Made by a program: the position numbers and the translations under genes. The notes under the pieces were generated by a model. It had not been told where the DNA came from. It was given only the letters and a program-made list of their open reading frames with translations, and did no database searches. Positions 49,846 to 58,665 of a DNA stretch of 64,000 nucleotides are shown piece after piece (position 1 is the stretch's first letter; each line of letters starts with the position of its first letter). The stretch spans positions 1,152,001-1,216,000 of the forward strand of contig CAWBMP010000004.1 in assembly GCA_963790025.1 (NCBI GenBank). Direction: 5' to 3'. Source of the stretch: Nitrospirota bacterium. GTDB lineage: Bacteria > Nitrospirota > Thermodesulfovibrionia > Thermodesulfovibrionales > Dissulfurispiraceae.

Positions 49846-51585
49846 ATGATTAATCTCAAGATTACAAGTCTCCTTGATGGGAACCTCTCGCTTGACATGG
49901 CCCAGGGCAAATCTGTGTTGCTCAAGCCGGGAGAAATCTTAAAAGCAGAAGTTGTAAATGTCCTGCAATCAGGAGATCTAGTCCTCAAGATACAGGGCGA
50001 ACTCATTACCGCAAAAACCGAAGTGCCTTTGCAGCTGGGGGATACAGCTTTCTTTAAAGTATCTGATTCCCCAACATCTCCAAATCAGCTCAAACTTCAG
50101 TTCGTCGGCTTCGAGGACACTTCACATGGCGTTTCACTTCCCGAAAACTTCATGTCTACCACTCAAGGGCAGACCCTCGCCGGACTCATTCAGGAGCTGT
50201 CGGATAGTCTGTCGGCGCAGAACCTGAAATCGTCACTTGCCGAAAACCAAAGCAGTACCCAACCTCTTGCCCAGCAGGAAGGGACCCCCAATGCACCCCA
50301 GAAAGTCTCCGACTTTCAGGGGACCCCTGCAGCGAGCGGCAAAACAGATACGTTCCCTCTCGATAAAGTTGAAAGCCTTTTAAAGGCGCTGCCGTCCGAT
50401 ATTAATGTTTTGCCGGATGGGATAAAAACACAGTTGCAGGACCTCTTGCTTTCGAGCCTCAAATCAACGGGCCAGAGCATTCAGTCACGTCTTGACACGG
50501 CGCTGGACCAGCTTTCCGATACACTGAAAAACTCCCCTGTTGCCGAAAATTTCAAGGCAGATATAATGGTAAGTATGGAAAGGCTCCTTTCCTCACCACT
50601 TAAGGATGCAATTCTGAATACCGGGGTCGCTCTCGAAGCAAAGCTCAAATCAGCAGCATCGGCAATGCAGCTCAATCCTGTCGATATGCAGGAAGAGACA
50701 GAAGTATCTGCCGGGATTCCGGTTAGGGATGCAATTCTGAATACCGAAGTTGCTCCCGAAGCAAAGCTGAAACCAGAAGTTTTTACAATGCAGTTTAATC
50801 CTGTAGATGTGAAAGAAGAGACAGGGGTATCTGCCGGGATTCCGGATTTGCGACAAAGCGCGGAAGTTGTCAATGTCTCAGACAAGGCCAACACATCGGG
50901 CGGGGCAAACGATTCCGGCAAGGCCGGCGAGAACTTGATGCCAAGTCAGGCAGATGTGACAACCAATAAATCTGAAGACAAATCCGTGGTCTCCTCTCCT
51001 TTTCCTGCTCTTCAGAATGACCTGAAAGCAGTGCTTCTGGAATTGAAACAGCGGCTTGCAGTGTCGGCAGAAATCAGACAGGCCCCGCAAGACGCTAAAG
51101 CACCTGTTGGGGCGAAAGAAATGGTCCGCGACTCAGCTGCTTTAAAAGGACTGCAAGGTACGATCGAAGGTCTTCTGAAAGATGTCGAAACGTTTCAGGC
51201 TCTTTCTAAAACTACGGACTCATTCTACACCTTTCTTCCTGTCAATTGGAAGGAATTGAAGGATGGCGAGTTGTCATTCAAGCGGGGACGAGCAGGGACG
51301 ACAGGGGGCGACTCGTGCTCCTGCAGGATAAATCTTGATCTCGCCGACGCTGGTAACCTTTCGATACTGGTTTTGATGCATAATAAAGACTTCTTTATCT
51401 CTTTTAAGGCTGACAGTCCGGAAACCCATTCTACGATAGACACCGGTTTGGAGGAGCTTAGAACTTCGTTCGCGCAAAAGGGTCTGAGCCTCAAAGCTGC
51501 CCATATTCTCGACAAAACCGATACATCAATGGAAAAGCTCGATAAACTCGGTTCGTCTGATCGGATAGTAAGCATCAAAGCATGA
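49846..51585 (+). CDS. fliK: Flagellar hook-length control protein FliK-like
   Basis: Long low-complexity S/Q/P-rich middle, C-terminal T3S4-like domain (INLDL...GNLSI...EL..SF...GL), coupled to an FlhB-C-like gene. Confidence 0.7.
   Translation: MINLKITSLLDGNLSLDMAQGKSVLLKPGEILKAEVVNVLQSGDLVLKIQGELITAKTEVPLQLGDTAFFKVSDSPTSPNQLKLQFVGFEDTSHGVSLPENFMSTTQGQTLAGLIQELSDSLSAQNLKSSLAENQSSTQPLAQQEGTPNAPQKVSDFQGTPAASGKTDTFPLDKVESLLKALPSDINVLPDGIKTQLQDLLLSSLKSTGQSIQSRLDTALDQLSDTLKNSPVAENFKADIMVSMERLLSSPLKDAILNTGVALEAKLKSAASAMQLNPVDMQEETEVSAGIPVRDAILNTEVAPEAKLKPEVFTMQFNPVDVKEETGVSAGIPDLRQSAEVVNVSDKANTSGGANDSGKAGENLMPSQADVTTNKSEDKSVVSSPFPALQNDLKAVLLELKQRLAVSAEIRQAPQDAKAPVGAKEMVRDSAALKGLQGTIEGLLKDVETFQALSKTTDSFYTFLPVNWKELKDGELSFKRGRAGTTGGDSCSCRINLDLADAGNLSILVLMHNKDFFISFKADSPETHSTIDTGLEELRTSFAQKGLSLKAAHILDKTDTSMEKLDKLGSSDRIVSIKA
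50604..50845 (+). repeat. 123-bp (41-aa) in-frame tandem duplication within fliK
   Basis: GGATGCAATTCTGAATACC at 50604 and 50727; [15 protein letters not shown]...VSAGIP vs [15 protein letters not shown]...VSAGIP. Confidence 0.9.
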
Positions 51586-51854
51586 TTGACAAACGTAAAA
51601 AAGCGGCGGCGTTACGATACAAACCTGATAAAGATGCCGCTCCCAAGGTTGTTGCAAAAGGGAGCGGGGCCATTGCTGAAAAAATACTCGCCATAGCGAA
51701 AGAGCACAATATTCCATTAAAAGACGATCCGCAGCTTGTAGAAGTGCTTTCAGCACTGGATCTCTATCAGGAGATTCCGCCCGACCTATACAAGGCAGTC
51801 GCCGAAGTGCTCGCGTTTGTCTATAAAATGACAAAGAAAGTCCCTAAGCTGTAA
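51582..51854 (+). CDS. FlhB C-terminal-like (EscU/YscU/HrcU family) small protein
   Basis: AAALRY...[34 protein letters not shown]. Confidence 0.9.
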   Translation: MIDKRKKAAALRYKPDKDAAPKVVAKGSGAIAEKILAIAKEHNIPLKDDPQLVEVLSALDLYQEIPPDLYKAVAEVLAFVYKMTKKVPKL

Positions 51855-51862
51855 CAAGAAAT

Positions 51863-51955
51863 AACCACAGAGAGCACTGAGAAATACTTTGAGCACTCTG
51901 AAAAGACTTTATGTAATTTTTTATACAAAAGAATTCCTCTGTGCGCTCTGTGGTT
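51863..51955. repeat. Long imperfect inverted repeat with 9-nt periodicity
   Basis: AACCACAGAGAGCACTGAG ... CTCTGTGCGCTCTGTGGTT (17/19 match). Confidence 0.7.
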
Positions 51956-51989
51956 TGAGATTTTTGATGTTTAATAAGGGTAATGGGTA

Positions 51990-52646
51990 ATGAGCAATAG
52001 TGAGAAAAGGGCCCTGCTGAAAATATATGATAAACTCTTCTCTTTTTATGGTCCCCAGCATTGGTGGCCAGGAGATAGCCCTTTCGAAGTTGCGGTAGGT
52101 GCTATTCTCACCCAGAATACAAATTGGTCAAATGTCGAAAAAGCAATCGTCAACCTTAAAGCTGCACGTCTTCTCAGTGCCCGTGCACTGAACAGGGTCC
52201 CAACTACGCAGCTTGCTTTACTAATACGTCCGTCGGGATACTTCAATATAAAAGCAAAGAGACTGAAAGCATTCCTGGCTTTTCTGTTGAAGGCATATCG
52301 CGGCAGTTTGAAAGAGATGGGAAAAGGCGACACTGTTTCACTCAGGCGGGCACTCCTTAATGTGCACGGCATAGGGCCTGAAACAGCCGATTCAATTCTC
52401 CTATATGCCCTCCACAAGCCCGTGTTCGTTATCGATGCCTATACAAGACGGGTCATGTCCAGGCACGGCATAATGGACTATGGCTCCTCTTATGATGAAT
52501 ACCAGCTCATGTTCCACCGGATGCTTGAAAAAGATATCAGTTTCTTCAATGAATATCATGCCCTTCTTGTCATGGTGGGCAAGGATTTCTGCAAGCCCAA
52601 GCCTCTTTGCGGGCGATGCCCTCTGTGCGATGAGCGACGTGCCTAG
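51990..52646 (+). CDS. Endonuclease III (HhH-GPD) domain protein
   Basis: PQHWWP, GAILTQNTNW, GIGPETADSILLYA, C-X6-C-X2-C 4Fe-4S-type motif. Confidence 0.9.
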   Translation: MSNSEKRALLKIYDKLFSFYGPQHWWPGDSPFEVAVGAILTQNTNWSNVEKAIVNLKAARLLSARALNRVPTTQLALLIRPSGYFNIKAKRLKAFLAFLLKAYRGSLKEMGKGDTVSLRRALLNVHGIGPETADSILLYALHKPVFVIDAYTRRVMSRHGIMDYGSSYDEYQLMFHRMLEKDISFFNEYHALLVMVGKDFCKPKPLCGRCPLCDERRA

Positions 52647-52667
52647 GCATTATATTTTTTCCAAAAA

Positions 52668-52684
52668 TGTAATACTTCTGTAAC
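52668..52684 (+). promoter_or_regulatory. Pho-box-like 11-bp-phased direct repeat upstream of the PhoH gene
   Basis: TGTAAT-ACTTC-TGTAAC followed by a -10-like CAATAAT about 12 nt later. Confidence 0.45.
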
Positions 52685-52903
52685 ACAGTTTATGCAATAA
52701 TAAAGAAGAAGATGGAATGCGATAACCGTGATAATCCTATCGTAGAAACCTCGGATAGTCAGCAGCATCCACTTTTCGTCTCTCTCGCTACATTTCCAGC
52801 CCCACCGAGCTCTCACGTCTCTTCTCTTGAAGATTTGAGTGTCCGGTCGGAGATTCCAATATTGAGTTTAAAAAGAATTTACACACCTGTGGAGGGCAAG
52901 CAG

Positions 52904-54187
52904 ATGAAAAAAATTTTTGTGCTGGACACAAATGTCCTGATCCATGACCCTACCTCAATCTACAAATTCGACAACAACGATGTGACCATTCCTTTTGTCG
53001 TGATAGAGGAACTGGACAGCCTGAAAAAAGGGCGGGGGGAGATCGCTGCTTCTGCCAGACAGGCACTTAGAATAATAGACGAATTAAGGGAAAAAGGTTC
53101 TCTCTCATCAGGAGTCACAATGGAATCAGGCGGCATTATGAAAGTATGCCTGCCGGAAAATAAGTCTTCGGCAAAATTTCTGGACAATGGGACAGAGGAC
53201 AACCAGATCATAAAAACCGCGCTCGATATTTCAAAAAAAAATCCGGCGGATGCAGAAGGAAATACGCTTCCGGTGATACTAGTCTCAAAAGATACAGCGG
53301 TCAGAATAAAGGCCGAATCGCTGGGAATTCCTGTCGAGGACTACAAGAATGATAAGACCTCACTTTTCCAGCAGTATGGCAAGGTACTTATCAACGGCGA
53401 CGATACCAACGGAATCTTTTCCCAGCGCTATTTGCTGTCTGAAAACGGTTTGTATAAGCTGACGGGAAAAGATAAACTCAAAGCCGTGAAGCGGTCCAAG
53501 GAGTTAATGGGCATAGGGCCTCGAAATCTGGAGCAGGAGTGCGCAGTAGATGCGCTGACAGATCCTTCAGTCGAAATAGCAGCGCTTATAGGCAATGCGG
53601 GCACGGGCAAAACCCTTTTCGCGCTTGCCGCCGGACTTCATCAGACATCACAGATCACAAGGAAATCCGCGCTTTACGAACAGGTCATCGTCTCGAGGCC
53701 GATAGTTCCCATGGGCAATGATCTTGGCTACCTGCCGGGAGATATAGATGAGAAACTTACACCGTGGATGCAGCCGATTTTCGATAATCTGGAGGTCATC
53801 GTCAACACGCCGAGGGGCATAATAAAAGACAGGACCAATGCGTCCTCTCTAAAGAGCTATCAGTATCTTATGGATGCTGATCTCTTGCAGGTTGAACCGC
53901 TGACCTACATAAGAGGTCGCAGTCTGCCCAAGCGTTATTTCATCATTGATGAAGCGCAAAACCTCAGACCTATCGATGTCAAAACTATTGTCACCAGGTG
54001 CGGCGAGGGAACAAAAATAGTTTTTACTGGCGATCTCAATCAGATCGACACACCTTATCTCGACAGGACGAGCAACGGCCTTGCGTATTTGATAAGCCGC
54101 TTTATTAATGAGGAGAATTTCTGCTTTATCAATCTGAAAACAAGTGTGCGGTCAAAACTGGCGGAACAGGGCGCGCACCTCCTGTAA
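52904..54187 (+). CDS. PIN-PhoH (PhoH2/YbeZ-YlaK-like) family protein
   Basis: PIN domain VLDTNVL..EELD..DN.I..SKD; PhoH ATPase GNAGTGKT, GYLPG, YIRGRS, IIDEAQN, TGD..QID; GGAGG RBS. Confidence 0.92.
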   Translation: MKKIFVLDTNVLIHDPTSIYKFDNNDVTIPFVVIEELDSLKKGRGEIAASARQALRIIDELREKGSLSSGVTMESGGIMKVCLPENKSSAKFLDNGTEDNQIIKTALDISKKNPADAEGNTLPVILVSKDTAVRIKAESLGIPVEDYKNDKTSLFQQYGKVLINGDDTNGIFSQRYLLSENGLYKLTGKDKLKAVKRSKELMGIGPRNLEQECAVDALTDPSVEIAALIGNAGTGKTLFALAAGLHQTSQITRKSALYEQVIVSRPIVPMGNDLGYLPGDIDEKLTPWMQPIFDNLEVIVNTPRGIIKDRTNASSLKSYQYLMDADLLQVEPLTYIRGRSLPKRYFIIDEAQNLRPIDVKTIVTRCGEGTKIVFTGDLNQIDTPYLDRTSNGLAYLISRFINEENFCFINLKTSVRSKLAEQGAHLL

Positions 54188-54210
54188 GGAAGAGATCGGC
54201 AAGTGTAGGA

Positions 54211-54267
54211 TGCAGTAAGGTTTTAGAATTGTGCAATAAAGTTTTGCATTTCATGCAGTAAAGTTTT
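54211..54267 (+). repeat. Three 14-bp direct repeats TGCARTAARGTTTT
   Basis: At 54211, 54232 and 54254 (spacing 21 and 22 bp). Confidence 0.75.
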
Positions 54268-54270
54268 GTT

Positions 54271-54305
54271 AAGGGGTTGCCTCTGAAATCGGGGCAACCC
54301 TTTTT
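54271..54305 (+). terminator. Intrinsic terminator after PhoH
   Basis: GGGGTTGCC-loop-GGCAACCC followed by a T-run. Confidence 0.8.
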
Positions 54306-54493
54306 CTCTTTGAATCAAGTATCCGAGGCTTCTATATCACACAGGAAATCGGTTCCGTTGCGGTGTCCACCTGAAAACCCGCGCGGCTGACATCCTGTCA
54401 AAGACGTTGAATGCCGATCGTAACATCTATTTGTGGCGATTTTGGGGTGAAGGGAAATGTAAACAATATAGACCTGACCCTCAGTTCTCTTTA

Positions 54494-54598
54494 TATCAGT
54501 GCTTTCAAGATTGTCAAAAATCGCAGAGAGTGAAAGAGGACGAAAAGCCATGAAACAAATATTTCACATGCTAAATGCATGAACGCAAGCCTGACCCC
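54494..54598 (+). mobile_element. Right-end remnant of the RAYT-like Y1 transposase element
   Basis: 105 bp matching 59357-59461 with 2 mismatches, ending GCAAGCCTGACCCC. Confidence 0.9.
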
Positions 54599-54630
54599 AC
54601 CAATCCACCCTCTACTTTAAAACTGTCTGC

Positions 54631-55383
54631 CTAATGGGGAAGCTTACGCTTGCACGTAAGTAAGTTAAAGAAATCTTGAGTATCGTTCACAATCATCTCC
54701 TGTATCGGTCTAAGCCACCCTTCAGGGCATCTTTTTTCCAACATGCATTGAGCAGAAAATCTCATAGGCCTTAATATAGGTTTTCGACCATTATGAAGTA
54801 ATTCCCATAACGTCTCATGCACTTTATTCAAAAAAATAAAAATCTTAGCCAATTCACGCACATTTGTTTTCGTATACAGATCGTGGATAGCTTTTGCATC
54901 AGACAGCTCTTTATGAGCAAGGATTTTGTGTCTTATAGCCTTGTAATTACTTTCGTAAATTTGGCGGTATTTCTTTATATGTTTTCTGATTCTACGGAAA
55001 TCCGTAACAGACGGTTCATAGGCCGTTTTTATGAAATTATCTGTATCGTAAGAACTTAGTCCTTCGCGGCGTTTTCTATCACCCAGCAAGCTTTTTGAAA
55101 AAATGTTCATATTGTTTTGTGCAGAAGCGATCAATCTATCAATATTGTGTTTGGATTTCTGATCAAAAATCCTTCCCAAGACAATAAAGAAACTGGTATG
55201 AAGTCCTCCTACCATTGTTAGCCAAAAAAGAGGAGAGCGGTTCACTTTTTCATGCGCTTTTTTATCGCGACCGATAATTGTGTTGATTGCCCAGTATGCG
55301 AAAAAAAACTGAATACCCGAATCCACTTCGGTTCTAAAAGTCGAAAGCTCATGCTCGAAAATTTGTTCCAGATCGTTAATCAA
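54631..55383 (-). CDS. HEPN (AbiU2-like) domain protein, putative RNase
   Basis: All-helical; LGRIFD motif and R-X5-H (RHKILAH) HEPN signature; AT-rich; TTG start. Confidence 0.7.
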   Translation of the reverse strand: MINDLEQIFEHELSTFRTEVDSGIQFFFAYWAINTIIGRDKKAHEKVNRSPLFWLTMVGGLHTSFFIVLGRIFDQKSKHNIDRLIASAQNNMNIFSKSLLGDRKRREGLSSYDTDNFIKTAYEPSVTDFRRIRKHIKKYRQIYESNYKAIRHKILAHKELSDAKAIHDLYTKTNVRELAKIFIFLNKVHETLWELLHNGRKPILRPMRFSAQCMLEKRCPEGWLRPIQEMIVNDTQDFFNLLTCKRKLPH

Positions 55384-55588
55384 CCTTTAGTATGTATCCC
55401 TATCATTTATGGAAGGCTGAAATATATGCGCATTTTATTGCAGATTATGCGCAATCTACACAGAAACTCGCGAGTTATTACGGCCAGTCCAATTATGGAC
55501 AAACACAATGAATATTGCAATAGCTTTTTTAAAAAAGTCAGAACCATAATTTGTCGCACCGTGTAAAAGAACCATAATCCGTTCGCAT

Positions 55589-56659
55589 CTATATTTCCGA
55601 GTTAATTTTGTCCTTTCCTATTGCAAAAACACCAGTTGTTAAAGCATGTCTGTCTTTTTCTTTTATCGTCCGATTCGTTATCTTTGCCATAAAATCATTA
55701 CATAGAGACTCGATTATTTCTTTCTTATTTCCTATTTTAAGTTTATATGCTGGAGATTGACCGCATCCACAATTAATTTGAATATCTAAGTCCTTTTGAT
55801 ATGGTGGTTTCAGCGATAAATTAATAACACAAGGTTGATAGAAAGCCTCAGGTGCTAATCTCACCCCCGCTTCACTCATCATATGCAGTATGCGGCTGAA
55901 AGCAAAGTGACCATCCCATTTATTGGACTTAATCGGCTCAATGCTAAGAATGCAACTATCTCCCGGAGAATTTATGATAACCACGTTTATAAAAAGATCA
56001 CTTGCTACTCCTGGCCCTTTGTTAGAAAGTAAAATACCTATTTGCATTCCGATTGCATCACCACGCTCGGCTTCTATCCTTGCAGGCCCTACCGTGAACA
56101 TAGGGAAAACATTAGGTTGTGGTCTTCGTCCAAATAGGCCTGCTAATACAGCATGTGGAATATGCACAAAGCTTGATCCGGCCCTTATAAAATATTGGTA
56201 CTGATACTTTCCATTAAGAACTACTTGATGTGGAGCGTTATCACTTCGTGGAATGTAAGTAACAACATATCCCTCATCCGTGTCTTCAATATTGACTATA
56301 TGGCTTTGTATCCCTACATGTGGTGGAACTGTGCAACTGGATATCGCCCCCTCTATCCAACTAGCATATTTTTTTGTATCCAGAATGGGAAACCTTGATC
56401 CTGCTACATCAGCACCCTCTTTAGTCCGTGCGCAATCAACTCCCCATACAATCACGCCGCCTTCAGAATTTCCAAAGCCAGAAATTGCTTTAGCTAAATT
56501 CTCCCTATCGCTTGAATGAAGGAACTTGCCTGCACCTCGATCGGCGGACCTTTTGAAATCCAGAAATAACTCTTCATATTTTCTGGTAATAATGAACTCA
56601 TCAATAGCTTTGAATCCCTCTCTCCTGATCTTCTCAAATATATCTTCAGCTCTTCCCAT
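55589..56659 (-). CDS. Schlafen/AlbA_2-domain protein with a beta-rich C-terminal domain
   Basis: EELFLDFK, AISGFGNSEGGVIVWGV, PRS..APH, YFIRAGSS motifs. Confidence 0.8.
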   Translation of the reverse strand: MGRAEDIFEKIRREGFKAIDEFIITRKYEELFLDFKRSADRGAGKFLHSSDRENLAKAISGFGNSEGGVIVWGVDCARTKEGADVAGSRFPILDTKKYASWIEGAISSCTVPPHVGIQSHIVNIEDTDEGYVVTYIPRSDNAPHQVVLNGKYQYQYFIRAGSSFVHIPHAVLAGLFGRRPQPNVFPMFTVGPARIEAERGDAIGMQIGILLSNKGPGVASDLFINVVIINSPGDSCILSIEPIKSNKWDGHFAFSRILHMMSEAGVRLAPEAFYQPCVINLSLKPPYQKDLDIQINCGCGQSPAYKLKIGNKKEIIESLCNDFMAKITNRTIKEKDRHALTTGVFAIGKDKINSEI

Positions 56660-57220
56660 TAGTTTATCCTACCTTATAATGGTTGCAATCATATTTCGCG
56701 GTTAATAACCGCATCTTCATGTTTTCCTCTTTAGCTTAAATACTTCTCAAAATCATTCGTCGTCGTCATCTCTTCTTTATAGTGCTTTTACATGCTTTGG
56801 GACCCATCCCCGGTTATTGTGTAACTATGAATTAGAAAATGTCCATTTTGAGGGTCCTGGATGAAGATTACCGCTTGTATTCCGCACAATGACACGGATG
56901 GTCAGATGCATGTTAATCGGCTCGAATTATGAGCCACTATCGGCGTTCAATTTTAACGAGACCAACTTGTTATTTTATCTTTGATTTCAGGTCATGGTCA
57001 CAGATTTCGGTCAATGGGGTCAGGCTTGCATACGTGCATTTAAGTGTGTTATATCTTGGGATCATAGCAAGGCCGCCACGCATAGAATTTCCCGGAGCAT
57101 TTTATCATGTAATAGTCCGTGGCAATCTGAAGCAGGACATTTTTATAGATGAACAAGATAGGCTTGAGTATCTTGAGCGCATAAAACGTTATAAAGAAAA
57201 ATGCGGATTTATTTTTTATG

Positions 57221-58665
57221 TGTCGCGCCAAAATGATAATGTCCTATAGTACCAATTTAGAAATGTCCTATTGAGGTAATGCTATACTGCCTCTTTTTGA
57301 GAGGGAGGCGGGATGGCAGAAGGGGACATTATCATGGTACGGCAGAAGGAATTGAGGATATTGCATGTAATTCACAAAGTAATCGAAGGAGAGATAACTC
57401 AGAGGCTGGCAGCCGAAATTATTTCAATGAGTGAAAGACAGATAAGGAGAATAGTTAAACGTATAAGCGAGGAAGGGGATACAGGAATAAGGCACCGATC
57501 TCGCGGCAGACAATCGAACAGACAAAGGCCAAGGAAGCTCAAAGAAAGGGTTATCAAGTTATATAAGGAGCGGTATAAAGGATTTGGGCCTACTCTGGCA
57601 GCAGAAAAGCTCTTTGAGATAGACGAAATAAAGATAAGTGATGAGACCTTACGCTTATGGCTTATTGAGGCAGGAGAATGGCAGAAAAGACGAAAAAGAA
57701 AGATACATAGACAATGGCGTCCACGGAAAATGAATTGTGGGGAAATGTTGCAGATGGATGGCTCACATCACAAATGGTTTGAAGACAGAGGCCCACAATG
57801 TGTTCTAATGGCCTATATAGATGACGCAACGGGCAGAGTATATGGCAGGTTTTATGAATACGAGGGCACAATCCCTGCGATGGACAGTTTTAAGCGGTAC
57901 ATAAGGAAATATGGCATTCCTATGAGCGTATATTTTGATAGGCACAAGACCTATAAATCTTCATCTGAGCCCTCCATAGAGGACGAGATTAACGGCACTG
58001 AACCCTTGAGCGAGTTTGGCAGAGCATTGGCAGAACTTGGAGTAAAACGCATTCATGCTTATTCTCCTCAGGCGAAAGGGCGCGTGGAGAGGCTGTATGA
58101 AACGTTACAGGACCGACTGGTAAAGGAACTGCGACTGCGCGGAATCAACACAATAGAAGAAGCAAACATGTTCATGGAAGAACATTATTGGGCTGACTTT
58201 AATAAGAAATTTATGGTTCATCCGCATCATAAGGAAGATATTCATAGGGCTATTCCAAAGGGACTTAACCTCAACAGGATATTATGTATACGGTCAGAGC
58301 ATACAGTAGGAAATGACAATACTATACGGCACAATAAAAAAATCTATCAGCTTAAAGAGGCGTTTCCAAAGAAGACGAGAGTAATAGTCGAAGAACGCAT
58401 TGACGGCACGATGTTAGTAATGTACCAGGATAGGCGCATTAAGTATAAAGAAATTGATGCCCGGCCGGAAAAGATGAATAAAGAGAAAAGCACCATTAGA
58501 CGATATTCACAAAATAGCGTGCCGGCAAAAGATCATCTCTGGAGAACATCACAAGACCTTATATTCAAAAGGCAAGAGTTGAGGAAAAGGTTGAGGAAAG
58601 CAGCAGCGTAAAAACCGGACATTTCTATTTTGGTAAAAATAGGACATTTCTAAATTGGCTTGACA
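57221..58665 (+). mobile_element. IS1202-family (former ISNCY) insertion sequence, 1445 bp, 16-bp target duplication
   Basis: Ends TGT...ACA with repeated ATTTAGAAATGTCCTAT-type sub-terminal motifs; GGATTTATTTTTTATG duplicated at 57205-57220 and 58666-58681, single in the uninterrupted copy. Confidence 0.9.
57313..58611 (+). CDS. DDE transposase (IS1202/ISNCY type)
   Basis: N-terminal HTH, FGPTLAAEKL, LQMDGSHH.WFE, YFDRH, SPQAKGRVER. Confidence 0.92.
   Translation: MAEGDIIMVRQKELRILHVIHKVIEGEITQRLAAEIISMSERQIRRIVKRISEEGDTGIRHRSRGRQSNRQRPRKLKERVIKLYKERYKGFGPTLAAEKLFEIDEIKISDETLRLWLIEAGEWQKRRKRKIHRQWRPRKMNCGEMLQMDGSHHKWFEDRGPQCVLMAYIDDATGRVYGRFYEYEGTIPAMDSFKRYIRKYGIPMSVYFDRHKTYKSSSEPSIEDEINGTEPLSEFGRALAELGVKRIHAYSPQAKGRVERLYETLQDRLVKELRLRGINTIEEANMFMEEHYWADFNKKFMVHPHHKEDIHRAIPKGLNLNRILCIRSEHTVGNDNTIRHNKKIYQLKEAFPKKTRVIVEERIDGTMLVMYQDRRIKYKEIDARPEKMNKEKSTIRRYSQNSVPAKDHLWRTSQDLIFKRQELRKRLRKAAA

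Noticed and set aside
54211..54305. CRISPR mini-array or type III toxin-antitoxin repeat array
   Set aside because: Repeats are 14 bp with 7-8 bp spacers, no cas genes, and no co-oriented toxin after the terminator
54600..57015. Integron cassette array
   Set aside because: No convincing RYYYAAC...GTTRRRY attC structures and no IntI in the window
56929..57249. 106-aa ORF, plus the 54315-54551, 59103-59650 and 63153-63362 ORFs
   Set aside because: Read-through or antisense artefacts of the transposase element copies
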